Part shown: in pieces, positions 1 through 10,197 of the stretch | How positions within the stretch are numbered: position 1 is the first letter of the stretch | Layout: the number at the start of each line of letters is the position of its first letter | Assembly (NCBI GenBank): GCA_963708015.1 | Contig: OY970185.1 | Coordinates: 211,984-275,983 of the forward strand | Reading direction: 5' to 3' | Length of the DNA: 64,000 bases | Origin: an uncultured Chloroflexia bacterium | Lineage (GTDB): Bacteria; Chloroflexota; Limnocylindria; Limnocylindrales; CSP1-4 | Notes under the pieces: model-generated | Seen by the model: the letters and a program-made list of their open reading frames with translations, nothing else | The model's database searches: none | What the model was told of the DNA's origin: nothing | Translations under genes and position numbers: made by a program

Positions 1-579
1 CGCTCCGGCGACCAGGCCGGCGCCCTCGGCCATCCGGCGATATTTCGCACGCTGGGCGTCGGCGAGGTCCTGGCCGGGGGCCTCGAAGACAGCGCTTGAG
101 TAGGTCAGCGTCTCGTCCAAGAACAGGCGGTAGAAGTCGTTCCCGAGGTCGTAGTGAGCCGCGATGTTCCGCCTGGCCTGGGCCTTCGTGTTGCGGCGGG
201 CGCGGTGGGCCAGGGTCAGCGGCAGCTGGAGTGGCTTGCGCCACCAGCCCCGGGTCAGCGCGAGGGCCGCCCGGTTGAGCGCGGCCAGCTCGATCAGCCC
301 CTCGAGGTCGGGCGACGACCACAACCCGTCCATGTATGCCTCGCCGGCACCGGTCTCGCCTCGGAGCAGGATCCGGACCGCGGCCTCCTCGTCGTGGACC
401 CGGATCTCCGCCCGGCGGGCCGAGCCGGCGTCGCCGAAGGTGTGCCGACGGCCATCGGGCATGACCACGGTCAACTGGCCGACCTGGATTCGGCCGGCGG
501 CGGCCAGGGCGATCCTCTCGGCGGCGGACACGAGGGTGTCTCGCGAGGCCCGGCCGATCGGCCCGACCCGGGCGGTCAT
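1..579 (-). CDS. cyclopropane-fatty-acyl-phospholipid synthase family SAM methyltransferase (N-terminal part; the 3' end runs off the window)
   Basis: I translated the minus strand myself; the ORF track omits this edge-truncated ORF. The translation from the ATG at 579 includes ...NIAAHYDLGNDFYRLFLDETLTYSSAVF...QDLADAQRAKY..., the classic CFA-synthase N-terminal motif. The ATG overlaps the upstream DUF1365 stop. Confidence 0.8.
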   Translation of the reverse strand, partial: MTARVGPIGRASRDTLVSAAERIALAAAGRIQVGQLTVVMPDGRRHTFGDAGSARRAEIRVHDEEAAVRILLRGETGAGEAYMDGLWSSPDLEGLIELAALNRAALALTRGWWRKPLQLPLTLAHRARRNTKAQARRNIAAHYDLGNDFYRLFLDETLTYSSAVFEAPGQDLADAQRAKYRRMAEGAGLVAGA

Positions 580-581
580 GC

Positions 582-1373
582 TCATCGGACGGCCTGGCGG
601 ATCGGGTTGCCGGCGGACCGCCCGTGGCGCAGGAACGGCACGCCCCGCAGCCACAGGTTCAAGGCGTGCCAGTGGATCAGCCCGATCGTCCGCTGGGTCA
701 TGAACGGATGGCAGACGACCATCCGCAGGACGGCCCGGTCGGTCAGCCGACGGCGGTGGAGGATGACGCTCGTCGACAGGAGCGGCTGGGCCCCGTGGCG
801 CTCGTTGATCGCGATCGTGAGCCGGGCTGGATCGTCGCGAACCACGACCGAGTACTGGCCGGCCATCTCGATGAACGGCGAGACGTAGAACGTCTTGGCC
901 ATCGAGGCCGCGAAGGGCCCGTCCTCCGTTCGCGGCCGGAGCGTGTACAGGTGGCGTTCGAGGTGGGTGTTGTGGACCTCGACGATCACGACCCGGAGGA
1001 CACCGGAACGATCCCGACACAGGTAGAAGCTGGCTGGGTTGAACACGTAGCCCGCAACCCGCAGGTTCGTCACCAGGGTGATCCGCCAGGCGGCCAGGTC
1101 CTCGCCCGGAGCGCCATCCGCCCGAAGGTGCTCGCGCACCGTCGTGGGGAGGTCACCGCCGAGGAGCGGTTCGGGCCAGTGGTCGCGATCCCGGAACTCG
1201 AGCAGATTGGGTCCGTTGCGCCCGACGAGCCGGATCGATCGGGCGACCTCGTCAAGCTCCGCCAGGTCGAGCGCGAAGTAGTAGACATTGTGCTCGAGCC
1301 CGTACGTCACCGGCCGCGAGCGGCGATGGCGGACCTTGCCTTCGAGCAGGTGAGATCGCAATCGAGAGCTCAT
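582..1373 (-). CDS. DUF1365 family protein
   Basis: 263 aa; the N-terminus ([26 protein letters not shown]) is typical of DUF1365. It sits between the amine-oxidase-like gene and the cfa-like gene, and its ATG forms an ATGA overlap with the upstream stop. Confidence 0.8.
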   Translation of the reverse strand: MSSRLRSHLLEGKVRHRRSRPVTYGLEHNVYYFALDLAELDEVARSIRLVGRNGPNLLEFRDRDHWPEPLLGGDLPTTVREHLRADGAPGEDLAAWRITLVTNLRVAGYVFNPASFYLCRDRSGVLRVVIVEVHNTHLERHLYTLRPRTEDGPFAASMAKTFYVSPFIEMAGQYSVVVRDDPARLTIAINERHGAQPLLSTSVILHRRRLTDRAVLRMVVCHPFMTQRTIGLIHWHALNLWLRGVPFLRHGRSAGNPIRQAVR

Positions 1374-2644
1374 GCTGCTGCCTCATCGTCGGCCAGGCTC
1401 GAGATCAGCTCCGCCGCCTCGTAGCCCGACCGGCAGCCATCCTCGTGGAAGCCGTATCCGAGATGGGCGCCGGCGTACCAGGTATTGCGATGACCCTGGA
1501 TCGCCCGGACATGCTCCTGGGCAGCCAGGGTCTCGAACGTGTAGGTCGGATGGCTCATCGAGCGAACGGCGATCACCCGGTCGTCGCGAACTCGATCGCC
1601 GGGGTTGACCGAGACGCAGTACTGGACGTCCCCGCCGATGCCCTGGAGCCGGTTCATGTGGTAGGTCATCGTCAGCCGATCGACCGCCCGGCGGCAGTCG
1701 GGCACCTCGACGTTCCACGATGCCCAGGCCGCGGTCCGCCGGGGCAGGATCGAACGATCGGTGTGGAGCACGACCTCGTTGGTCGAGTAGATGAAGCCGC
1801 CGAGCGCCGTGCGCTCGCGGGGATCGGCGTCGACGAGCAGGTCGATGGCCGCGTCGGCGTGGGTGGCCAGGACGAGCGCATCGACGTGTTCGACCCGGCC
1901 GCCGGCCGTCCTGATCGTTGCCCCGCGCTCATCCCGGCTGATCGTCTGGACCGGATCCCCGGCGCGAAGCGTGCCCGCCGGAAGAGCCTGGAGCAGGCGA
2001 TCAACGTAGGTCCGGGAGCCGCCCACGATCGTGCGCCACTGGATCGCTCGGTCGAGGCCGATCAGGCCATGCTGGTCGAGGAAGCGGAGCAGGTACTCGA
2101 CCGGGAACTCGAGCACTCGGCCGGGCGCGGTCGACCAGACCGCAGCGGTGATCGGGACGATGAAGTGCGCCCGGAAGCCCCGACCGTAGCCGCGCTCATC
2201 GAGGAACTCACCGAGGGTCGCCCCGGTCGGCTGGGGGTTGTCGAGGATCGCCCGGGCATCGCGATAGAAGCGGAGGATGTCGGGGAACATCCGGAGATGG
2301 GCGGGCCGGCCGAGCGCCGAGGGTTGGGCAAAGAAGCCCCGGGCGCCGCGCGAGCTGAACTCGAGATCGCAGGCGCGACAGGCGAAGCCGAGTGACATGT
2401 CCGACGGCCGGGACTCGACGCCGAGCTCGGCGAGCAGCCCGACGAAGCGCGGGTAGGTCCGCTCGTTGTAGACGATGAAGCCGGTGTCGACCTGGAAGGG
2501 ACCGTCCGGGCCGTCGACTCCCACGGTCCTGACGTGGCCGCCGGGCTCGTCGTCCGCCTCGAACAGCTGGACCTTGTGCGATCCCCTCAGGGCAAACGCT
2601 GCGGTCAGGCCGCTGATGCCCGATCCGACGACGGCGATTCTCAT
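1370..2644 (-). CDS. NAD(P)/FAD-dependent oxidoreductase (amine oxidase / phytoene-desaturase-like)
   Basis: 424 aa; N-terminal Rossmann motif [19 protein letters not shown]...[11 protein letters not shown]. It is in 4-nt overlap with the genes on both sides. Confidence 0.85.
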   Translation of the reverse strand: MRIAVVGSGISGLTAAFALRGSHKVQLFEADDEPGGHVRTVGVDGPDGPFQVDTGFIVYNERTYPRFVGLLAELGVESRPSDMSLGFACRACDLEFSSRGARGFFAQPSALGRPAHLRMFPDILRFYRDARAILDNPQPTGATLGEFLDERGYGRGFRAHFIVPITAAVWSTAPGRVLEFPVEYLLRFLDQHGLIGLDRAIQWRTIVGGSRTYVDRLLQALPAGTLRAGDPVQTISRDERGATIRTAGGRVEHVDALVLATHADAAIDLLVDADPRERTALGGFIYSTNEVVLHTDRSILPRRTAAWASWNVEVPDCRRAVDRLTMTYHMNRLQGIGGDVQYCVSVNPGDRVRDDRVIAVRSMSHPTYTFETLAAQEHVRAIQGHRNTWYAGAHLGYGFHEDGCRSGYEAAELISSLADDEAAA

Positions 2645-3108
2645 GGCTCGACGGCCGCCCCGGCGGCCCGCTCATCGAGCGCGTGCTGCATCCCGTCGAG
2701 GGCATCCTTGGCGAGCTTGCGGAATGCCCCACCGGCGAACGGCTCGATCAGGCGCATCCAGCCGCCGAGGCGGATGTCGGCGGCGTAGTCGATGCGGGTG
2801 CCCGCGCCGGCCGGCTCGAAGCCGATCGAGTCCGTGGCCGAAACGCCAGATCCGCTGCCGAGAAGGATCACCCGGGACGGCCGGTCGTAGGTCGTGATCC
2901 GGTAATCCATCGGGGCGACCCGGCCGCGCATTCGGACCCCGAGCTTGAACGGCGTGCCGACTCTCAGCGGATCGCTTCCGTTTCCCTCGGCGCGAGTGGA
3001 CGTGGCCACGCCGGGATCCCAGAGGCTCGAGTTGGCGAAGTCGGCGACGAAGTCGAAGGCCTGGTCGATCGGCAAGCTTGTGACGATGGTTGCCTTGAGG
3101 CGGGTCAT
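2641..3108 (-). CDS. SRPBCC family (polyketide cyclase/dehydrase-like lipid-binding) protein
   Basis: Only the C-terminal 155 aa of ORF 2641..3936 look protein-like ([32 protein letters not shown]...). The ATG at 3106-3108 is preceded by GGAG. The rest of the ORF is R/G/P-rich wrong-frame read-through. Confidence 0.7.
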   Translation of the reverse strand: MTRLKATIVTSLPIDQAFDFVADFANSSLWDPGVATSTRAEGNGSDPLRVGTPFKLGVRMRGRVAPMDYRITTYDRPSRVILLGSGSGVSATDSIGFEPAGAGTRIDYAADIRLGGWMRLIEPFAGGAFRKLAKDALDGMQHALDERAAGAAVEP

Positions 3109-3156
3109 TTGGGCAGGTGCTCCTGTGGTCGGCTCGGGGCCATCGGTGGGTGATGC

Positions 3157-4233
3157 GTGGCGTCGAGCAATCCGGATCACTGCAGCGTGCGAATGCCTGG
3201 GGTGATCTCCGCGCCGGTGCTCCTTGACCAGCTCCTCGAACTGCTCGTCGTGCCGAGCTTCACCCGGCTTGGCTTTGCCATTCGCTCGCGCGTGTTCAAC
3301 TGGAGGCCCGTGGAGTCCTGGTCCCTGGCCGGCCGGACGATCGTGATCACCGGGCCGACCAGCGGGCTGGGCCGCGAAGCAGCCGGCTCGTTCGCCCGAA
3401 TGGGCGCTCGGTTGGTCCTGGTCGGGAGGGATGCGGAGCGACTCGAGGCGACGGCGGGCGAGCTTCGGAACGGTTCGCCATCGGCCGAGATCGCATGGGT
3501 CGTGGCCGACATGGCCTCGCTCGCGTCGGTGCGCAACGCTGTCGGCGAGATCCTCGCCCTGACGACCCGGATCGATGTGATCGTCGACAACGCCGGGGCA
3601 ATGTTTGCGGAGCGCGGGCTCACTCGCGAGGGGTTCGAGCGAACCTTCGCGACGATGGTCCTCGGGCCGTTCGTGCTCCTCGCCGGACTCCTGCCGGGAG
3701 TGCTGGAGAGCCCGGATGGGCGGATCGTGGCCGTGGCCTCGGGCGGCATGTACGCCGAGGCGCTGCCGCTCGACGACCTCCGGTTCGAGCAGGGCAAGTA
3801 CCAGGGAGCCCGGGCCTATGCCCGGGCGAAGCGCGCCCAGGTCGCGCTGATTCGGGAATGGTCGCGGCGGTTGCCAGCGGCACGGGCCGCCGGAGCGGGC
3901 GACGCTCAGAAACGAGTGACGGCCAATGCGATGCATCCGGGCTGGGCCGACACGCCGGGGCTCGAGGCGTCCTTGCCCGGCTTTCGACGGCGGATCGGCC
4001 GCTGGCTGCGGACCCCGGCCGAGGGCGCCGACACGATGATCTGGCTGGCCGCTTCGGGCGAGGCAGGAGGCGCGACCGGTCAGCTGTTCCTCGATCGCAG
4101 GAAGCGGCCGTTCGATCGGATCCCGACGACCCGGCTATCGGCGGCCGATCGGCGCGTGCTGTGGGATCGCGTGCTCGACCTGACCGGCGAAGTCGACCCG
4201 ATTCGTCGGTTGGGGGTCGCGGCGCTGGAGTAG
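3157..4233 (+). CDS. SDR family NAD(P)-dependent oxidoreductase
   Basis: Contains TGPTSGLGREAA (TGxxxGxG), NAG and a YxxxK region. The true start may lie a few codons downstream, for example MPGV at about 3193. Confidence 0.8.
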   Translation: MASSNPDHCSVRMPGVISAPVLLDQLLELLVVPSFTRLGFAIRSRVFNWRPVESWSLAGRTIVITGPTSGLGREAAGSFARMGARLVLVGRDAERLEATAGELRNGSPSAEIAWVVADMASLASVRNAVGEILALTTRIDVIVDNAGAMFAERGLTREGFERTFATMVLGPFVLLAGLLPGVLESPDGRIVAVASGGMYAEALPLDDLRFEQGKYQGARAYARAKRAQVALIREWSRRLPAARAAGAGDAQKRVTANAMHPGWADTPGLEASLPGFRRRIGRWLRTPAEGADTMIWLAASGEAGGATGQLFLDRRKRPFDRIPTTRLSAADRRVLWDRVLDLTGEVDPIRRLGVAALE

Positions 4234-4314
4234 GATCGCCTCCACCTCGCCAGCGTCGCGAGCGAGTCTCATCGGCGCCGCCTGTGCCGGTGTCTCGGCC
4301 AGGAGGATCAGCTG

Positions 4315-5079
4315 ATGCGTATCGAAGAGGTCGAAGGAATTGGCCCGGCCCACGCCACCTCGCTCACCGCCGCGGGCGTGCCCTCGATCGAAGAGCTCCT
4401 CACCCAGGGCGCCACGACCGCCGGCCGAGCCAAGCTCGCCGAAGTGACCGGGATCAGCCACAAGCAGATTCTGACCTGGGTGAACCTGGCCGATCTGATG
4501 CGGATCAAGGGCGTCGGCCCGGAATATTCCGAGCTGCTCGAGGCGGCCGGCGTCGACTCGCCGGCGGAGCTCGCCCATCGCAACCCGGCGAACCTCGAGA
4601 CGACGTTCCAGGAGGTCGTCGCCGCTCGGCCGGAGATGGTCCGGCGGATCCCGACCGAGGCCGAGATCACCGACTGGATCGAGCAGTCGAAGTCGCTCCC
4701 GAAGGTGGTCGAGCACGGCGGCGGCCACGCCGCGCCGGAGCACGCCGGGCACGAAGGTAACGATCATTCGGCCCACGACGATGCGGAGCACGACCACGCC
4801 GAGCACGATCACGCTGCCCATGAGCACGAGGCCAGTCCGGCCGCCGCAGCTGCGACCATCTCCGAGGCGACCTCCACGCCGGCCGTGTCGACCCCGGCCG
4901 CACCGGCTCCGGCGCCCGCTCCCGAGGCACCGGCTCCGGCCGCACCGGCACCGGCGGCTTCAACTGCGACTGCTCCGGCTCCGGGGGCTTCAGCTGCCGC
5001 TGCTCCGACTCCCGCGGCCCAGGCGGAGGCACCCAAGGGCTTGTGGGCCCGACTCAAGGCGATGTTGTTCGGCGCCTGA
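4315..5079 (+). CDS. DUF4332 (helix-hairpin-helix) domain protein with a His-rich block and an Ala/Pro-rich tail
   Basis: AGGAGG lies 7 nt upstream of the ATG. Repeated EGIGPAHATSL / IKGVGPEYSELLEAAGV HhH-like motifs are followed by HAAPEHAGHEGNDHSAHDDAEHDHAEHDHAAHEHE and then about 80 aa of PAPAPA low complexity. Confidence 0.7.
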   Translation: MRIEEVEGIGPAHATSLTAAGVPSIEELLTQGATTAGRAKLAEVTGISHKQILTWVNLADLMRIKGVGPEYSELLEAAGVDSPAELAHRNPANLETTFQEVVAARPEMVRRIPTEAEITDWIEQSKSLPKVVEHGGGHAAPEHAGHEGNDHSAHDDAEHDHAEHDHAAHEHEASPAAAAATISEATSTPAVSTPAAPAPAPAPEAPAPAAPAPAASTATAPAPGASAAAAPTPAAQAEAPKGLWARLKAMLFGA

Positions 5080-5191
5080 GCGAAAGCGACCGGATCAGCG
5101 GTCCCCAGGTCCGGGGCGGCGGCCGCTCGTCACGGACCCGCGGTTCATGACGGTGGCCCGGCTCGGGTCCTGGGCTGCGGCCCTGCGGCGG

Positions 5192-8100
5192 TCAGACGTT
5201 CGAGAGATCGCCTGATCGGGTCGGGTCGGCAGCCTCGACCGCGGGGTGCTTGCGCGCCAGCGCAGCGTCGAGCCGCTCGACGAACGACTTCGCGCCGAGC
5301 CGGCTGAACATCGCGCGGGCGGCATCGGCGGCCGCCCGGACCTCGGGCTCTGCCGGATCGAGGACGGTTGCCATGTCGATCGCGGTCAGCCCCTCTTCCA
5401 GGACCAGGTGGAGGTCGCGCCAGCGGCGAAGGGCGTCGCGATAGAGACCGAGGGCCTCGGCCTTGCCCTTCTCGGTTGCGGCGAGCCCGGCTTGCATCGT
5501 GATCCGAGTCGCGGCGACGCTGGCGGTTCGGAATCCGGTCGCTTCAAGCTGCTCCAGCTCGGCCGCGAGCGCAGGGATGTCGCCGGCCCAGAGCGCCGCG
5601 TGGCCGGCCAGGGATCGTTGGGCGATCCCATTGAGGGTCCCATTGAGCGCTCCGGCTCGATGATTCTCCCGGTATGCCTCGTCGAGCCGCCCGTCGGCCA
5701 GCGCCCGGGCACCGCGCACCTCGCTCAGGTTCGAAGCGAGCGTGACGTCGGGATTCTGTTCCGATCAGCCGGACCATCTCGGCGATCGACGGCTCGATGT
5801 CTTCGCCGCGAAAAGCGGGGGTCAGCAAGGCATTATCAAGGATTTGCAGGCGGTCCTCGGATGAAGGATCATCGGTCAGCGCTTCGCCGAGGACGGCTTC
5901 AGAGCGATCCCACTCGCCCAACCGGAACGCCATGTAGCCGATCCCGACGGCGAAGCCGAAGACCCAGCTCCGCAGACCCATCCGGCGGGCCAGGGCCAGT
6001 CCCTCCTTCTGTGCTTCATAGGTGGCCCTCGGGTCCATCTCGCCCTGGTAGACCGTCCGGTTGTTGATCGCCCGCAGGAGGATCGAGACGAGGCCCGCAG
6101 ATCGGGCCAGTCGCTCGCCCGTCTCGATCATTCCGACGCCCTCGATGAGGCGACCGATATCGCCCAGGGCGCTGCCCTTCGTGATCAATGTGTCGGCCAC
6201 GAGGGCGTCGAGCTCGGACGGCTCGGCGACTTCGAGCGCCCGATCGGCCATCTCGATGGCCTTCCGGCTGTCCCCGGTCAGCATGCAGGCGCGAGCGAGC
6301 TGGCTGTGGAGTGCGACGAGCGCCGGGTCGCTGCCGAGATCGGCGAACTCGACCACGGCCGGCCCGAGGAGCTCCAGGGCCTCGGCTGTCCGGCGGGCGC
6401 TCAGGCGGACCCGGCCGAGGGCGGCCGTTGCCCGAGCGGTCGCGATCCGGTCGCCCCGCTCCCGGTTGAGTTCCGTGGCCCGCTCGAGGAACGCTTCGGC
6501 GTCGTCGTGGCGGGCCGCCGACGAGGCGATCTCGCCGGCGCGCTCGAGGAGCTCGGCCGTCTCGGTCGGATCGGTGGTCACGGTGAGTGCCTGGTTGAGG
6601 AACGTAACCGCCTGGTCGTACGAACCGAGGGCGATCGCCCGGGCGGCGGCGGCCTTCAGAGCGATCCGGGCCTGGCCGGCGAGCGCGTCGGCCTCGACGC
6701 CGTCCGGGGCGCTGGCATAGGCCGCCAGGTAGTGCCCGGCGAGGCCACCGGCGATCTCCTCGGAATCGAGGCTCTCGAAGAACCGCGCTGCGGCGAGATG
6801 GCGCGCTTTGCGATCCTTCTTGGCCAGGGTGTTGTAGGCAACCTCGCGGATCAGGGCCTGGACGAAGGCGTACTGGCCATGCTCGGGCGAGCGAGGGTCC
6901 GTTTCGCGGCTGAGCAGCTCTCGTCGGACGAGGCCGAGGAGGCGCGGCTCCAGCTCGGCCTCCGGGATCCCCGAAACGGCCGAGAGGCCGGCCAGGGTGA
7001 AGCTCTGGCCAAGAACGGCGGCGTCGGAGACGAGCGTCCGATCCTCGGCCGCCAGGCCGTCAAGCCGGGAGGCAATCAGGGCGGTGAGCGTCTCCGGAAC
7101 CGCCACGCTGGTCAGGTCGCCAATCGGCCGGTAGACGCCATCTTCCAGGGCCAGGCGGCCCTCCGCGAGCAGCATCCGGACCGTTTCAACGGCGTAGAGC
7201 GGCATCCCGTCGGCTCGATCGACGATCGCCTTGACGGCGGCCGCCGGCAGACCCGGAACCAGGCCGGCCAGGAGCTCACGCATCGCGGCCGGCGAAAGCG
7301 GCTCGAGGTAGAGCGAGGTGAAGTTGCGCTTGCCGGCGCCCCAGTCCGGGCGCTTCTCGAGGAGCTCCGGGCGCGACAGGGTGACGACGTAGATCGGGAC
7401 ATTCCGGCTCCACTCGAGGACGTGGTCGACGAAGTCGATCAGGCCGACGTCGGCGAAGTGGAAGTCCTCGAACACGAGGACGACCGGAGCCGTCGCAGCG
7501 AGGCGCTCGAAGAACGTTCGCCAGGCGGCGAAGAGCTGCTCCGAGCCGCTGGCCGCGGTTTCGACCCCAAGCAGGGCGAGGAGCGCTGGCTCGATCCAGC
7601 GCCGCTCCTCGGGATCGGGCACATGGGTTGCGAGCGTCTCGGCGACCTTGGCTCGCGTCGTCGAAGCGTCGTCGGTCTCGAGCAGGCGGCAGCGCTCCCG
7701 GACCATTTCGCCCAGGGCCCAGAAGCTGATCCCGTCGCCGTAGGCCGGCGAGCGGCCATCGTGGAACCAGACGGTCTCGACCAGGCCGTCGATGTACTTG
7801 AGGAGCTCCCAGGCCAATCGCGTCTTGCCGATCCCGGCTGGGCCGATCACCGATACGAGCCGGGCCCGGCCGTCGCGACTTGTCGAGTGGAAGAGGTCCT
7901 TGAGCTGGCGCAGCTCGTCCTCCCGGCCGACGAACGGGGCCTCGAGCGTCTCGGCCCGGTTCCGCCCGCCGACCTCGGCCACGACCCGGACCGCGCGCCA
8001 GGCCTCGACCGGAGCAGACTTGCCCTTGAGGACCTGGTCGCCGGCCTCCTCGAACGCGATCGCCTTGCTCGCGGCCCGCTGGGTCGCCTCACCGACGAGG

Positions 8101-8744
8101 ACGGTCCCGGGCTGGGCCACGCTCTGGAGTCTCGATGCGGTGTTGACGAGGTCGCCAGCGACCATCCCCTCGTTCGTCGCCCCGATCGTGACCGCGGCTT
8201 CGCCCGTGAGCACGCCGGCCCGGGCCTGGATGCCGGGCCCCAGGCCCTTCACGGCATCGACGAGCTCGAGGGCCGCCCGGACGCACCGCTCGGCGTCGTC
8301 CTCGTGGGCGATCGGCGCACCCCAGACGGCCATCACCGCGTCGCCGATGAATTTCTCGACGGTTCCGCCGTAGCGGGCGATCACGTCGCGCGAGAGCTCG
8401 AAGTAACGCGAGAGCAGCTCGCGGGTGTCCTCGGCATCCCGACCCTCGGCCAGGGTCGTGAAGCCGACGAGATCGGCGAACAGGATCGAGACGACCCGGC
8501 GTTCCGCGACGGGCGCGGCCTGTGGTACCGGGCTGGGCCGGACGATCCGGGGCAGGGTCGGCCCGGCAGTCTGCGTCGCCGGGGCGGGCGCCGCGGTCAC
8601 TTTCGTGCCACATTCGCCACAGAACTTGGCCCCAGCCGGGATCGGCGCGCCACAGGTGGGGCAGCCGGTCGCCAAGGGCTCACCGCATTCGATACAGAAC
8701 TTGCGACCGGCCTCGTTGACCTTGCCGCAGCTTGTGCAGGGCAC
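5192..8744 (-). CDS. adenylate/guanylate cyclase domain protein (double zinc ribbon - class III cyclase - AAA/STAND ATPase - TPR), interrupted by an apparent frameshift near 5760
   Basis: The N-terminus is CTSCGKVNEAGRKFCIECG...CPTCGAPIPAGAKFCGECG, with the cyclase core FADLVGFT...FIGDAVMAVWGAP and the P-loop GPAGIGKT. ORF 5544..8744 turns into R/G/P junk after ...IAEMVRLIG. The TPR-like C-terminus continues in ORF 5192..5719, which begins directly after a stop at about 5763. Confidence 0.75.
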
Positions 8745-8826
8745 CGCGCTCTCCGCTACACGACGCTAGACCACGGAGCGTACCGGAAGCACGGCCGGCA
8801 AACCACGGGAATTGGCACCGGCCCTG

Positions 8827-9399
8827 TCAAGGGGTCAGCGTTCGAGAGCGGGCCTCGGCAATTGCCACGATGTCGACCAGGGCGCGCTCGATCTCGGACG
8901 CACGGTCCGCCTCGAGGGCGGAGACCATTCCCGGGATGAGCTCCGCCCGTGAGCGGCCATTGACGAAGACGCAGTAGCGGAAGCCGAAGCGGGCTTCGTA
9001 GGCCTGGTTCAAGCGCTCCAGCTCAGCCGCGACCGCACCGGCCGCGTCAACCGCGTCTGCCGGGTCGGCGGCATCGGGCGACTCGGCCGGCAGTCCGGTC
9101 TCCGCCTCGGCTGAGCCGTAGCCCTGCTCGCGGAACGACATCGCGGAGACGCTGGCCGGCGGCGCACCCAGTCGGGGATGGGCGTCGATCAACTCGAGCT
9201 GGGCAGCTTCGGGCATCGCCTTGGCGATCTCGAGCGCGGCCGGCCAGAGGGCCTCGTAACCGGCGAACGGCCGGCGCGCCGCGAGCAACCCGAGGAACGT
9301 GGGCGCGTTCTCGAAGAGTGGCCCGACGACGCCGGCGAATTCGTCAGCCGGCAGGCCGTTGAGGGTCGCGATCGGCGGCACGGTCCGATCCGCCGACAT
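8827..9399 (-). CDS. uraD: OHCU decarboxylase (2-oxo-4-hydroxy-4-carboxy-5-ureidoimidazoline decarboxylase)
   Basis: 190 aa; shows the IDAHPRLG signature and ...YEARFGFRYCVFVNGRS.... It overlaps the HIU hydrolase by one nucleotide. Confidence 0.8.
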   Translation of the reverse strand: MSADRTVPPIATLNGLPADEFAGVVGPLFENAPTFLGLLAARRPFAGYEALWPAALEIAKAMPEAAQLELIDAHPRLGAPPASVSAMSFREQGYGSAEAETGLPAESPDAADPADAVDAAGAVAAELERLNQAYEARFGFRYCVFVNGRSRAELIPGMVSALEADRASEIERALVDIVAIAEARSRTLTP

Positions 9400-9752
9400 C
9401 AGCTACCGAGGTAGGTCGACAGTCCGAAGGCGGTGAGCAGGAGCGGCACGTGGTAGCTGCGGTCGATGTCGATCACCCGCAGGTCGAGCGCGATCGCCTG
9501 GAACAGGGGGCTGCGTTCGCCCGTTTCGAAGCGGAGCCGGTAGGTCCCGGCGACGAGCGGCCGCCCAAGCAGGTCCGCCACCCGGCCATCCGAATCGGTC
9601 ACGGCCGAGCCGATCGGGACCTCGTGGCCGTCCGGTCCGACGAGGGCCAGGCGGATCGTGATGCCCGCGGCCGGCGCTCCAAGGCCCGTGTCCAGGACGT
9701 GGCTCGAGATCGTCGGGACCCGATTGGCCACGCTATCCTCCGCGTATGGCAC
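9399..9752 (-). CDS. uraH: hydroxyisourate hydrolase (transthyretin-like)
   Basis: 117 aa; ISSHVLDTGLGAPAAG...TYRLRFETG...YHVPLLLTAFGLSTYLGS. The C-terminal YxGS tetrapeptide is typical of HIUases. Confidence 0.85.
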   Translation of the reverse strand: MPYAEDSVANRVPTISSHVLDTGLGAPAAGITIRLALVGPDGHEVPIGSAVTDSDGRVADLLGRPLVAGTYRLRFETGERSPLFQAIALDLRVIDIDRSYHVPLLLTAFGLSTYLGS

Positions 9753-10192
9753 GACTCCAGATCGAGGTTGGCGACCTCCACTTTAGCGCTCGCTGGGAGC
9801 CTGCCGCGCCCCGCACGATCGAGGCGATCCGGCGGATGCTGCCGATCCAGGCGTCGCTGATCCACTGTCGCTGGAGCGGCGAGTCGACCTGGATCCCGTA
9901 CGGCGACCTGCGACCCGGGATCGACTACGAGAACCACACCTCGCATCCGGCCCCGGGCCAGCTCGCGCTCTACCCAGGCGGGATCAGCGAGTGCGAGATC
10001 TTCTTCCCGTACGGCGCCTGCACGACGAGCTCGAAGGTCGGCCAGCTCGCCGCGAACCACTTCGCCACGATCGAGCCCGACGTGGCTGACGGGGCTTCGA
10101 ACGCGCAAGGCTGGGCCGATCGCCTGCGCGAGGTCGGGCGGCGCTGCCTGTGGCAGGGCGCTCAGCAGATCACGATCCGCGAGGTCGACTGA
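9746..10192 (+). CDS. DUF3830 family (cyclophilin-like fold) protein
   Basis: 148 aa (MARLQIEVGDLHFSARWE...). It is divergent from uraH and lies immediately upstream of the allantoinase. Confidence 0.6.
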   Translation: MARLQIEVGDLHFSARWEPAAPRTIEAIRRMLPIQASLIHCRWSGESTWIPYGDLRPGIDYENHTSHPAPGQLALYPGGISECEIFFPYGACTTSSKVGQLAANHFATIEPDVADGASNAQGWADRLREVGRRCLWQGAQQITIREVD

Positions 10193-10197
10193 CCGGC

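Noticed and set aside
5080-5191. A possible bidirectional terminator between the convergent DUF4332 and cyclase genes.
   Set aside because: There is only a 6-bp inverted repeat with a ~28-nt loop and no U-tract. That is not convincing as an intrinsic terminator.
6306-8939. An 877-aa plus-strand ORF across the cyclase locus. There are similar very long antisense ORFs at 18933..22136 (+), 34095..36503 (+), 37718..39823 (+), 36334..37812 (+) and 17183..18646 (+).
   Set aside because: Their translations are Arg/Gly/Pro/Asp-rich with no recognisable motifs. Each is antiparallel to a gene with clear family signatures. Such shadow ORFs are expected in ~70% GC DNA.
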